Of a DNA stretch of 64,000 nucleotides, positions 1 through 8,601 are shown one piece after another. Origin of the DNA: Phycisphaerae bacterium (GTDB taxonomy: Bacteria > Planctomycetota > Phycisphaerae > UBA1845 > Fen-1342). The stretch lies in the NCBI GenBank assembly GCA_050115495.1, contig JASFQK010000008.1:1-64000 (forward strand), read 5' to 3'. Every line of letters starts with the position of its first letter. Position 1 is the stretch's first letter. The notes under the pieces are model-generated. The model had not been told where the DNA came from. It ran no database searches and saw nothing but the letters and a program-made list of their open reading frames with translations. Position numbers and translations under genes: made by a program.

Positions 1-80
1 GCGATCGGGAAGGTGCTGCGCACGTTGCCCGTGAAGCACGACAAGCGGCCACGCGCCTCGAACTCGACCGGATCCAGCAT
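1..80 (-). CDS. 5' end of a gene running off the window (MLDPVEFEARGRLSCFTGNVRSTFPI...), product unknown
   Basis: ATG at 80-78 preceded by purine-rich AAGGGG. The frame is open to the window edge and lies downstream of the minus-strand promoter and RNA switch. Confidence 0.35.
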   Translation of the reverse strand, partial: MLDPVEFEARGRLSCFTGNVRSTFPI

Positions 81-125
81 GTCTGTCCCCTTGTTTGCGT
101 CCTGCCGGCGACTTGCCGGCGATTC

Positions 126-151
126 GTAGCGGCCGGTCTCCGTGCCGGCCG
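126..151 (+). repeat. GTAG-type REP palindrome (GTAG CGGCCGG TCTCCGTG CCGGCCG)
   Basis: GTAG plus hairpin. Identical copy at 1918-1943 and reverse copy at 37114-37139. Confidence 0.75.
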
Positions 152-258
152 CGGGTGTTCGGACGGATTCGCGATTGGCGGGCACGGCCCGCCCTGCATT
201 GGCGCGCAGGGGTGGCGACGCCGTTGGGGACGGCGGAACGTCGAACGCTGATGGCACC

Positions 259-346
259 AAAAGGAAACGGGCGCCACCCGATGCGCTGAGAGCCGTGGAC
301 GACCGTCAAGTCTAATCACACGACCCCGCGCACCGGGTAGCGCCCG
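259..346 (-). ncRNA. Long hairpin with 21-nt loop followed by a U-rich tail; terminator/antisense module of a putative C4/CI-like RNA switch
   Basis: Arms 346-319 and 297-268 pair, and every mismatch is a G-U wobble only on the minus strand. Loop is UGAUUAGACUUGACGGUCGUC (318-298), followed by UUUCCUUUU. Confidence 0.65.
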
Positions 347-358
347 CATGATAAGCGC

Positions 359-453
359 GGACACTTACCCGGGCGAGGCTGCCCTGGCATGATTAGACAC
401 CGGCGCGGTCTCCGTCGCCGGTTTGACGGTCGTCTGCCAAAGCACTCATGTCC
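359..453 (-). ncRNA. Structured RNA module whose internal loop presents the exact complement of the 21-nt loop at 298-318
   Basis: Closing GGACA/UGUCC, stem GCUUUGGCA/UGCCAGGGC, internal-loop strands GACGACCGUCAA (434-423) and GUCUAAUCA (398-390) separated by hairpin 422-399. Confidence 0.6.
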
Positions 454-477
454 TAGCACGAGTTCTATACAGCAGGT

Positions 478-506
478 AACATACCCGCGCCCTGAACGTG
501 TGTCAA
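478..506 (-). promoter_or_regulatory. Sigma70-type promoter for the leftward RNA/gene
   Basis: Minus strand TTGACA (506-501), 17-nt spacer, TATGTT (483-478). Confidence 0.65.
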
Positions 507-515
507 GCAAAATAC

Positions 516-526
516 ATCTGACAGAT
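516..526. promoter_or_regulatory. Candidate operator palindrome ATCTG-A-CAGAT between the divergent units
   Basis: Perfect 5-bp dyad flanked by CAAAA...TTTTG in the AT-rich gap just upstream of an XRE gene. Confidence 0.3.
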
Positions 527-548
527 CAACTTTTTGTCCTGGTGTGTT

Positions 549-845
549 ATGCCCCGGATCGCCATCAAACTCCGAGAAGCCATGCAGGCGTACAAACGCC
601 GTACGGGCGAGCGCATGACATATGCGATCCTGGCTGCGCGGACTGGGATCGCGCAGGGCACGCTGCAGAATATGGGCAGTCGCCCAGCCTATAACGCGAC
701 TCTTGCCACGCTGGCAAAGATATGCACAGCACTCACGGTCACCCCTGGCGACCTTCTCGAACTGATTGATGACCCGCCGAAGGCGAAACCCAAGCCCAAG
801 CCGCAACGCCAGGCGAAGAGCCCCAAAGCCGCGAAGCGGCGATAG
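549..845 (+). CDS. XRE/Cro-C1 family helix-turn-helix regulator with Lys/Pro-rich tail
   Basis: TYAILAARTGIAQGTLQNM...TLATLAKICTALTVTPGDLLE is a typical XRE HTH signature. Start taken at ATG 549; no obvious RBS. Confidence 0.85.
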   Translation: MPRIAIKLREAMQAYKRRTGERMTYAILAARTGIAQGTLQNMGSRPAYNATLATLAKICTALTVTPGDLLELIDDPPKAKPKPKPQRQAKSPKAAKRR

Positions 846-849
846 TCAA

Positions 850-1015
850 TAGCCCGGCGGCGTAAGCCCCGGGTACCCGTCCATAACCACTCCAACTCAG
901 AGCCCCAGCGGGGCGACAGACTTCCCTATCGCCCCGCTGGGGCTCGATGAGGGGTACGTGGGTCTTGGTCCAAGGGCTCACGCCCTTGGCTACTAACTGG
1001 CGCCGCGTTGCGGCG
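850..1015. repeat. REP/REPIN-like palindrome cluster (family AGCCCCAGCGGGGCGA)
   Basis: Perfect 17-bp inverted repeat at 900-916 and 929-945, flanked by CCCGG-CGGCGTAAGCC-CCGGG and CCAAGGGCTCACGCCCTTGG hairpins. Confidence 0.7.
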
Positions 1016-1141
1016 AGGAGCGCGGAAGCTACGACGTCGGCCTGCCGGGTTCCGCATGGGGCGGCGCCAGGCGTCGAGGGGAGCGTTGTCGGCGCGGGGC
1101 TTCGGTTCTTCGGCCGGGTGCGAAGGGCAAATCGCTTGCCG

Positions 1142-1718
1142 CCCAAGGACTGAAGTCCTTGGCTACGCTCGTGCGCCCTCCGGGCGAAAGAGAAGAGGGG
1201 TGGGTGAGGCTCCCGGCTCCAGGGACTGAAGTCCCTGGCAACCAACGTGCGCCCTCCGGGCGAAGAGGAAGGCACGCGTTGCCCCCACCCAGAGGCGTGC
1301 GTTGGTGCCTCGCCCACAAGACGCATTTCCTCGCCCAGATGGCGCGCGATCTCCCCCGCCCAGAAGATGCGCCGCATCTCCCAGACGCTGCGCGTCCTCG
1401 CCCGAAGGGCGCACGGTCGTAGCCAGAAACTTCAGCCTCTCATCATCGACACGCGTATGCTCCTCTTCGCCCCGAAGGGTGCGCTTCCTCGCCCGGAGGG
1501 CGCGCGAGCGTAGCCAGAGATTTCAGCCTCTCATCATCAACGCGCGTATGCTCCTCCTCGCCCCAAAGGGCGCGCCTCCTCGCCCGGAGGGCGCGCGAGC
1601 GTAGCCAGGGACTTCAGTCCCTGGTGGCGTTCGCCGCCCCCTCTCTCTCTTCTTCCTTGTCCCCTCTTCTTCCCCGCCCGGAGGGCGCACGGTCGTAGCC
1701 AGGGACTTCAGTCCCTGG
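1142..1718. repeat. BIME-like mosaic of GTAG-CCAGGGACTTCAGTCCCTGG and CGCCCGGAGGGCG units, including ~91-bp tandem copies
   Basis: Reverse-oriented units at 1142-1262 and forward units at 1395-1718. Tandem period 1395, 1486, 1577. Confidence 0.8.
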
Positions 1719-1917
1719 ACCGGCTCCCGAAGCGCGTCTATCTTTCACGTGCTCACGCAGTTCCCGGGCCCGCCTTGACGGACCTTCGGTCTTCGGAGCC
1801 AGGACGTCGATCGAAACGTTGTAGCACGGCTAACCCCGTGTGGTCGGCGACCAAACCCCGAAGACGGATCGTCTCGTGACCCGTGCGTCGGCGGAGCACC
1901 TTGCCGATCGTCGGCCC

Positions 1918-1972
1918 GTAGCGGCCGGTCTCCGTGCCGGCCGTCCGTAGCGTCCGACCTCCGTGTCGGACG
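1918..1972 (+). repeat. Two tandem GTAG-type REPs
   Basis: GTAGCGGCCGG...CCGGCCG followed by GTAGCGTCCGAC...GTCGGACG. Confidence 0.7.
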
Positions 1973-2195
1973 TCGACCGCCGGCGACCGTTCACCTCGGT
2001 GAACACGGCAACGGTGCTCAGAGGACGTCGCTCGCATCGGCGAACGCCAGGACGCGACTGCCTGCACGGAACCGCACCCTCGCGGTCACTCAGCGCAGCA
2101 CCGGAGCGGATCTTTGACAATCGAATACTCGTGGCCAGCGTGTGCCACTTTCAACCCAAGTGTGCCCCGGGGCGGTCGCTACGGGATCGTGCTGC

Positions 2196-3989
2196 TTAGT
2201 GGACTTGTTCGGTGTGTTCGCGGGGGGCGGGGGTGGCGTTGTCGGGGGGGGAGAAGACCAGCGGTTCGTTGAAGTCGGCGTACGCGCGGCGGAGGGCCGC
2301 GTGGACGAGACCGACGAAAAATGGCTGTGGGCGGAGCGGCCGGCTGACCAACTCGGGGTGGGCCTGCGTGCCGACGTAGTAGGGGTGCAGCTCCGGCGTC
2401 AGCTCCAGGACGTTCATGATCTCGGCTCGCGGCGACTTGCCGGAGAAGATCATGCCCTGGGCTTCGAGCTGGGGGATGTACTGCGGATCGACCTCGTAGC
2501 GGTGACGGAAACGCAGACGCGTCCGCTCGCCGAACATCCGGGCCGCCAGCGTGTCGGGCTTGAGCACGACGTCCTGGCCGCCGAGACGCATGGTGCCGCC
2601 GAGACCTTCGATCTTCTTCTGCTCGGGCAGCAGGTTGATGACCGGGTGGCGGCACTCGTTGTCGATCTCGGTGGAGTGCGCCCCTTCGAGGCCGCAGACG
2701 TTGCGGGCGAACTCGATGACCGCCATCTGGAAGCCGTAGCAGATGCCCAGGCAGGGCAGGCCGGACTGGCGGGCGTACTTGAGGCAGGCGATCTTGCCGT
2801 CGGCCCCGCGGGTGCCGAAAGCGCCGGGCACGATGATGCCGTGCAGGTCGCGGAGGGCTTCGGGGGCGGTCTCGTCGGTGAGTTCGGACGTGTCGATCCA
2901 GCGGATCAACACCTTGGTGCGCCAATGAACGCCGGCGTGCTCAAGGGCTTTGAGAATGCTGGCGTAGGCGTCGCGCACGGCGGTGTACTTGCCGGTGATG
3001 CCGATGGTCACCTGGCGCGAGGACTCGCGCAGACGCGTGAGGTAGCGCGACCAGACTTCGCGGGCGGCCTGCTCGGACTCCTCGTCAACGTCGTTTTCGA
3101 GGCGGAGCCACTTGATGACCGCCCGGTCGTACCCGGCGCCGCGGAGCATCTCCGGAATCTGGTAGACGCTCTCGCAGTCGTGCATGCTGAAGACGTGCTC
3201 GGGCGGCACGTTCGAGAAGAGGGCGATCTTCTCGCGCACCTTGCGCGTCACGGGGTTCTGGGCGCGGCAGGCGATGATGTGCGGCTGGATGCCGCATTCC
3301 ATCAGCCGGCGGATGCCGAGCTGGGCGGCCTTGCTCTTCTGCTCGCCGAGGATCATCGGCTCCATGACGTAGGTCAGGGCGACGAAGCAGACGCCGTGGC
3401 GGCCCTCCTCGAAGGCCAGTTGCCGCATGGCTTCGATGTAGTAGGCGTTCTCGACGTCGCCGACGGTGCCGCCGATCTCGACGAAGACGACGTCGGCCCG
3501 GGAGGCGACGGCGAGCTCGCGGAGGCGGTTTTTCACTTCGCCGGTGACGTGCGGGATCATCTGCACGTCGCGGCCGAGGTAGCCGCCGGTGCGCTCGCGT
3601 TCGAGGACACCGCGGTAGATCTGGCCGCTGGTGAGGAAGTTGAGCTGGTTGAGGTTCTGGTCGAGGGCCCGCTCGTAGGTGCCCAGGTCCATGTCGCACT
3701 CGGTGCCGTCATCGAGCACGAAGACCTCGCCGTGGCGGAAGGGATTGAGCGTGCCGGAGTCGATATTGAGGTAGCCTTCGAGCTTGACCGGGGCGACGGT
3801 GAGGCCCTTGTCCTGGAGGCACTTGGCCAGGGAGGAGCTGAAGATGCCCTTGCCCAGCCCGCTCATGACCGTGCCGAAGACGACGACGTAGCGCGTGGCC
3901 CCGAGCTTGTAGCCCGCCGGCAGCGGCAGGTAGAACTCGGTGTCGTCCGACTGGTCGCGAATCGTGTTGAACAGTGAGCGGGCGTCCAT
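2196..3989 (-). CDS. pyrG: CTP synthase
   Basis: GTVMSGLGKG, PFRHGEVFV, DMDLGTYER, EIGGTVGD, and the glutaminase motifs GICYG and HPE. Start trimmed to MDARSLF. Confidence 0.97.
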   Translation of the reverse strand: MDARSLFNTIRDQSDDTEFYLPLPAGYKLGATRYVVVFGTVMSGLGKGIFSSSLAKCLQDKGLTVAPVKLEGYLNIDSGTLNPFRHGEVFVLDDGTECDMDLGTYERALDQNLNQLNFLTSGQIYRGVLERERTGGYLGRDVQMIPHVTGEVKNRLRELAVASRADVVFVEIGGTVGDVENAYYIEAMRQLAFEEGRHGVCFVALTYVMEPMILGEQKSKAAQLGIRRLMECGIQPHIIACRAQNPVTRKVREKIALFSNVPPEHVFSMHDCESVYQIPEMLRGAGYDRAVIKWLRLENDVDEESEQAAREVWSRYLTRLRESSRQVTIGITGKYTAVRDAYASILKALEHAGVHWRTKVLIRWIDTSELTDETAPEALRDLHGIIVPGAFGTRGADGKIACLKYARQSGLPCLGICYGFQMAVIEFARNVCGLEGAHSTEIDNECRHPVINLLPEQKKIEGLGGTMRLGGQDVVLKPDTLAARMFGERTRLRFRHRYEVDPQYIPQLEAQGMIFSGKSPRAEIMNVLELTPELHPYYVGTQAHPELVSRPLRPQPFFVGLVHAALRRAYADFNEPLVFSPPDNATPAPREHTEQVH

Positions 3990-4081
3990 AAGGGTCTGTC
4001 GAATTACGGTTCCAAAATAAACCCCGGCGGCCCGCCGGCTGGGGGCCTGCCGAGTAACCACACTATCTACCTCAAGTCGGT

Positions 4082-4840
4082 CTAAGGTTGGGGGCGCCGC
4101 GCCCGCCAACGAGCCACGAACCGCTCGTAATCCTCGGGCGTATCCACGCCCGTCCCGGCCTGTTCGACGACCTCGACCGCCATCAATCGCCCATGGTCGA
4201 GAACGCGCAGTTGCTCGAGCTTCTCCATGCACTCCAGTGGGCTAGGGGCCCAACTGGCGAATTCCAGCAGGAACGCCCGGCAATACGCATACACCCCGAG
4301 ATGGAGCAGCCAGTGGCTCGGGGTCAGCTCCCCCCCCGCGTCACGGGCATATGGTATCAGAGATCGAGAGAAATACAGCGCCTGTCCCGCCTGATTCCGA
4401 ACCACTTTCACGCAATTCGGGTCTCGCGGGTCGGCCGGCGGCGAAAACGGGCAGGCCAGGGTGCCGACCGGGCACTGCGGCTCCGCCTCCAGCCGCTCGA
4501 TCAGCCGATCCAGGTGGTCCGGGTCGATGTCCGGCTCGTCGCCCTGCACGTTGACGATGATATCCCCGGGCTCGCCGGGTTGGCCGCGGACGACCTCGGT
4601 GATGCGGTCGGTGCCGCTGGCGTGGTCGGCCCGGGTCATGGCGACCTCGCCGCCGAAACTCCGTACGGCGTCGGCGATCCGCTCATCGTCGGTGGCGACC
4701 AGGCAACGTCCGATACGCCGGGCGGCGATGACGCACTCGTAGACGTGCTGAATGAGATACTTACCGGTCTTATTGGCGAGAGGTTTCCCGGGGAAGCGCG
4801 TCGACGCGTAGCGAGCGGGAATGATGGCGACTACATCCAT
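4082..4840 (-). CDS. kdsB: 3-deoxy-manno-octulosonate cytidylyltransferase
   Basis: IIPARYASTRFPGKPL, SGTDR, NVQGDEP, LYFSRS, EKLEQLR, GVDTPED. The kdsB-pyrG order is common. Confidence 0.97.
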   Translation of the reverse strand: MDVVAIIPARYASTRFPGKPLANKTGKYLIQHVYECVIAARRIGRCLVATDDERIADAVRSFGGEVAMTRADHASGTDRITEVVRGQPGEPGDIIVNVQGDEPDIDPDHLDRLIERLEAEPQCPVGTLACPFSPPADPRDPNCVKVVRNQAGQALYFSRSLIPYARDAGGELTPSHWLLHLGVYAYCRAFLLEFASWAPSPLECMEKLEQLRVLDHGRLMAVEVVEQAGTGVDTPEDYERFVARWRARRPQP

Positions 4841-5026
4841 GCGTCGCTCGCCGGGTATGTTACATCAGGGCACACTGCGGAGTGTACCGCAGGCCGGCGG
4901 AGTTGCAAGCGGGGCGGAGCGGAGGCGGGCTTTCATCGAAGTGCCCGGTTTCGTATAGTAGCCGTCTTCACGGGTCCGGCGGGCACCAACCCCCCTGGCC
5001 GAGCCCGCAGTAACGGTGATCCGCCC

Positions 5027-7096
5027 ATGGAAGACCTCTCCAAAATCCGCAATCTCGGTATCGCCGCCCACATTGACGCGGGCAAGACGACGACCACCGA
5101 GCGAGTGCTGTACTACAGCGGCGTGATCCACCGGATGGGGGACGTCGACGACGGCACGACCGTAACCGATTTCGACGAGGAAGAGCAGCAGCGGGGGATC
5201 ACGATCTACAGCGCGGCGGTGACCTTTCCCTGGCGGGACTGCCGGGTGAACCTGATCGACACGCCTGGGCACGTCGACTTCACCGCCGAGGTGGAGCGCA
5301 GCCTGCGCGTGCTGGACGGGGCGGTCATCGTCTTCGACGCGAAGGAGGGGGTGGAGGCCCAGTCGGAGACGGTCTGGCGGCAGGCCGACAAGTACCACGT
5401 CCCGCGGATCTGCTTCATCAACAAGATGGATAAGACGGGGGCGGACTTCGAGCACGCCGTCGGCACGCTGACCACGCGGCTGGCGGCCCATCCGATCGCC
5501 ATCCAGTGGCCCATCGGCCGGGAGAACAGCTTCCGGGGGCACATCGATCTGCTACGCATGCGGGCCATCATGTACCGGGGGGGCGACGGGCGGACCTTCG
5601 AAGAGACGGACATTCCGGCCGATATGCTGGATGAGGCGAACCAGCAGCGGCACGTGCTGGAAGAGAAGGTCGCCGAGTTCGACGAAGCCCTGATGGAGAA
5701 ATACGTCGAGGGTACGCCGCCGACGGAGGAGGAGCTGCGGGCGGCATTGCGTCGCGGTACGGTGGGTCTGCAATGTCAGCCGGTGCTGTGCGGGTCGGCG
5801 CTGCGGTACATGGGTGTGCAGCCGCTGCTGGATGCGGTCTGCGACTACCTGCCGTCGCCGCTGGAGGTCCCGCCGGTAACGGGGCACGACCCGCAGAAGC
5901 CCGACAAGCTCATCAAGCGGAAGTGTGACCCGGGCGAGCCGCTGGCCGCCCTGGTGTTCAAGGTGATCGCCGACGCCCACAGCGACCTGCACTACATCCG
6001 CGTTTACTCGGGGGTGCTGAAGGCGGGCATGCGGGTGACGAACGTCGGTCGCAACAAGAAGGAGAACGTGCCGCAGCTCTTCCGCATGTTCGCCAAACGC
6101 CGCGAGAAGGTGATGGCGGCCTATTGCGGGGACATTGTCGCCGCCGTCGGCATGCGGGAGACGCTCACCGGCGACACGCTGTGCGAGGCTCGCGGGCCGG
6201 TGCTGCTGGAGCGCATCGAGTTTCCCGAGACGGTCATCCGCATGGCGATCGAGCCGAAGTCGTCGTCCGACCGGGACAAGCTGGTGAACGCCCTGACGAT
6301 GCTGGCGCGCAGCGACCCGACGTTCGAGTTTCACGTGGACGCCGAGACGGGGCAGACGTTGATCGCCGGCATGGGCGAGCTGCACCTGGAGATTGTTTGC
6401 CACCGGCTCAGTCGTGATTACAACGTGCCGGTGCGGGTCGGCAAGCCGCGTGTGGCCTACCGCGAGGCGGTCACGGTGCCCGCAGACTCGGAAGGGCGGC
6501 TCATCCGCCAGGCCGGCGGCCGCGGGCAGTTCGCCGTCGTCCGCCTGCGGGTCGAGCCGTTCGAGCCCGAGCCCGGCCAGGAGCACTTCCAGTTCTGCAA
6601 CCAACTGGCGGCGGGCACGCTGCGGCCGCAGTTCCTGCCGGCGATCGAGCAGGGGGCCCGTGACGCCGCCCGCAGCGGGGCCCTGGGCGGCTATCCGCTG
6701 ATCAATGTCCGGGTCACGCTGCTCGACGCGGAGGAGCATTCGACCGATTCGACCGAGATCGCTTTCGAGAGCGCTGCGGCCCTGGCCGTGCACCGCGGGG
6801 TCGAGCAGGCCGGGCCGGTTCTGCTCGAACCGATCATGAAGGTCGAGGTGGTGACACCCGAAGAGTATTTTGGGCCGATCAACGGCGACCTGGCCCAGCG
6901 GCGGGCGACGATCACCGCCACTGGCACGCGTGCCCGCAACCGCGTGATCACCGCCGAGGTGCCGCTGGCGACCATGTTCGGTTACGCCACGCAGGTGCGC
7001 TCGCTGTCGCAGGGCCGGGCCTCCTATGCGATGGAGCCCTGCCGCTACGAGAAGATGCCGCCCGACCTGGCTCAGCAGGTGCTCGGCGTCTACTAG
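5027..7096 (+). CDS. fusA: Elongation factor G (stand-alone copy)
   Basis: AHIDAGKTT, RGITI, DTPGHVDF, NKMD, GMGELHLE, LLEPIM. Start trimmed to MEDLSKIRN. Confidence 0.95.
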   Translation: MEDLSKIRNLGIAAHIDAGKTTTTERVLYYSGVIHRMGDVDDGTTVTDFDEEEQQRGITIYSAAVTFPWRDCRVNLIDTPGHVDFTAEVERSLRVLDGAVIVFDAKEGVEAQSETVWRQADKYHVPRICFINKMDKTGADFEHAVGTLTTRLAAHPIAIQWPIGRENSFRGHIDLLRMRAIMYRGGDGRTFEETDIPADMLDEANQQRHVLEEKVAEFDEALMEKYVEGTPPTEEELRAALRRGTVGLQCQPVLCGSALRYMGVQPLLDAVCDYLPSPLEVPPVTGHDPQKPDKLIKRKCDPGEPLAALVFKVIADAHSDLHYIRVYSGVLKAGMRVTNVGRNKKENVPQLFRMFAKRREKVMAAYCGDIVAAVGMRETLTGDTLCEARGPVLLERIEFPETVIRMAIEPKSSSDRDKLVNALTMLARSDPTFEFHVDAETGQTLIAGMGELHLEIVCHRLSRDYNVPVRVGKPRVAYREAVTVPADSEGRLIRQAGGRGQFAVVRLRVEPFEPEPGQEHFQFCNQLAAGTLRPQFLPAIEQGARDAARSGALGGYPLINVRVTLLDAEEHSTDSTEIAFESAAALAVHRGVEQAGPVLLEPIMKVEVVTPEEYFGPINGDLAQRRATITATGTRARNRVITAEVPLATMFGYATQVRSLSQGRASYAMEPCRYEKMPPDLAQQVLGVY

Positions 7097-7107
7097 GGAC
7101 ACTGCCG

Positions 7108-8400
7108 ATGAATCACAACGAACCCGTGAGCCTGAATCTCAACGTCCGCGGTATGGGCAAGTCGGCCACGCTCGGCCTGAACGAGCGCGTCCGGCAGTTA
7201 CGCCGCGAGGGCCGGCCCATATTCAACATGGGTCTGGGCCAGTCGCCCTTTCCGGTGCCGACGCCGGTGGTGGAGGCCCTGCGCGTGGCCGCTGCGGAGA
7301 AGGACTATCTTCCCGTGCAGGGTCTGCGCGAGCTGCGCGGGGCGGTGGCGGATTTCCACCGCATGTACGACCACGTCCAGACTCATCCGGATCGCGTGTT
7401 GATCGGCCCCGGCTCGAAAGAGCTGATGTTCCTGCTCCAGCTCGTCTATTACGGCGAGATCATCGTGCCGCCGCCGTGCTGGGTCTCGTACGTGCCGCAG
7501 GCCCGCATCATCGGCCGCAAGGTCAGCCTGCCGCAGACGAGCTACGAGACCGGGTGGAAGATCACCGCCGAGCGGTTGCTCGAATCGTTCGAGATCGTCA
7601 ACGACCGCAGCCGGCCGCGGCTGCTCGTGCTGAATTATCCGAGCAACCCCGTGGGTAACTCGTACACGGCGGACGAGCTTCAGGAAATCGCCGAAGTCTG
7701 CCGCCAGTTCGACGTCGTTGTGCTGTCGGACGAGATCTACGCGGGGCTGCATCACACCGGCCAGCACGTTTCCATCGCCCAGTTCTACCCGCAGCGGACG
7801 ATTATCAGCTCGGGGCTGTCGAAGTGGTGTGGTGCCGGCGGTTGGCGGCTGGGCACGTTCGCCTTTCCGCCGGAGCTGGACTGGTTGCTGGAGGCCATGG
7901 CCGCGGTGGCCAGCGAGACGTACACGTCCGTCTGTGCCCCGATCCAGCATGCTGCCATCACGGCGTTCCGCGGCGGCGTCGAGATCGAGCGCTACCTGTG
8001 GCACGCCCGGCGGATCCTGGCGAGGTTGGGCACCGAATGTGCGTCGATCCTGAGCGAGGCCGGTGTTCGCGTGCAGCCGCCGACCGGGGCGTTCTACCTC
8101 TTCCCCGATTTCACGCCGTTCGAGGAGCAACTGGCCACCCGCGGGATCAAGAATGGTACCGCCCTGTGCACTCGGCTCCTGGAAGAGGCGGGTGTGGCTG
8201 TTCTGCCCGGCGCCGCGTTTGCTCGTTCGCGGCGTGAGCTGACCGCCCGGCTGGCGTACGTCGATTTCGACGGGGCCCGGGCCCTGGCCGCCAGCGAGAA
8301 GACCCCGCTCGACGCCGAGCTGCCTGAGGATTTCACGACGCAGTGGTGCGGCCCGATGCTCGAAGGCACGCGGGCGATCGCCAACTGGCTGCGCGGGTAG
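7108..8400 (+). CDS. PLP-dependent aminotransferase class I/II (aspartate aminotransferase-like)
   Basis: NYPSNPVG, SDEIY, and SGLSKW...GWRLG carrying the PLP lysine. Confidence 0.92.
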   Translation: MNHNEPVSLNLNVRGMGKSATLGLNERVRQLRREGRPIFNMGLGQSPFPVPTPVVEALRVAAAEKDYLPVQGLRELRGAVADFHRMYDHVQTHPDRVLIGPGSKELMFLLQLVYYGEIIVPPPCWVSYVPQARIIGRKVSLPQTSYETGWKITAERLLESFEIVNDRSRPRLLVLNYPSNPVGNSYTADELQEIAEVCRQFDVVVLSDEIYAGLHHTGQHVSIAQFYPQRTIISSGLSKWCGAGGWRLGTFAFPPELDWLLEAMAAVASETYTSVCAPIQHAAITAFRGGVEIERYLWHARRILARLGTECASILSEAGVRVQPPTGAFYLFPDFTPFEEQLATRGIKNGTALCTRLLEEAGVAVLPGAAFARSRRELTARLAYVDFDGARALAASEKTPLDAELPEDFTTQWCGPMLEGTRAIANWLRG

Positions 8401-8409
8401 CAGTTCGTT

Positions 8410-8491
8410 GAAGAAAGGGGACTGGCTCCGAGCCGCTTGATACGCGCGGGTACCGAGACCGCACGAAGCGAGGTGCCTGTCCCCTTTCTTC
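8410..8491. repeat. Small inverted-repeat (MITE/REP-like) element
   Basis: Ends GAAGAAAGGGGAC(T)GGC and GCCTGTCCCCTTTCTTC are complementary. Confidence 0.55.
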
Positions 8492-8522
8492 GATGACCCG
8501 CCCGCGTTTTCCACAGACAGAC

Positions 8523-8564
8523 AAGCGGCGGCCGGCGCTAAGTAAGCTGCCGGCCGCCGCTTTC
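8523..8564. terminator. Probable bidirectional intrinsic terminator
   Basis: 14-bp GC stem AAGCGGCGGCCGGC / GCCGGCCGCCGCTT followed by a T-rich tail, between convergent genes. Confidence 0.65.
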
Positions 8565-8601
8565 TCGTTTCACAACCTGCGGAGTGCTCCGCGCGGCGAC
8601 G

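Noticed and set aside
359..453. IS110 bridge RNA or TIGR-like dual-guide RNA
   Set aside because: Both loop strands match one contiguous strand of a neighbouring RNA loop rather than opposite DNA strands, and no recombinase or Nop-domain gene is visible.
1395..1624. ~91-bp tandem units as a CRISPR array
   Set aside because: The whole unit is repeated with no unique spacers, the units are GTAG-REP derived, and there are no cas genes.
739..2199. Multiple short ORFs in the REP region
   Set aside because: They are Arg/Pro-rich translations of palindromic repeats with no domain signal.
2142..3977. 611-aa plus-strand ORF
   Set aside because: Antisense shadow of pyrG, typical of high-GC DNA. The same applies to 5552-7102, 9202-11787, 54784-56019 and 59836-61833.
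4088..5026. N-terminal 313-aa extension of EF-G in the ORF track
   Set aside because: It overlaps kdsB on the opposite strand, and EF-G homology starts at ATG 5027.
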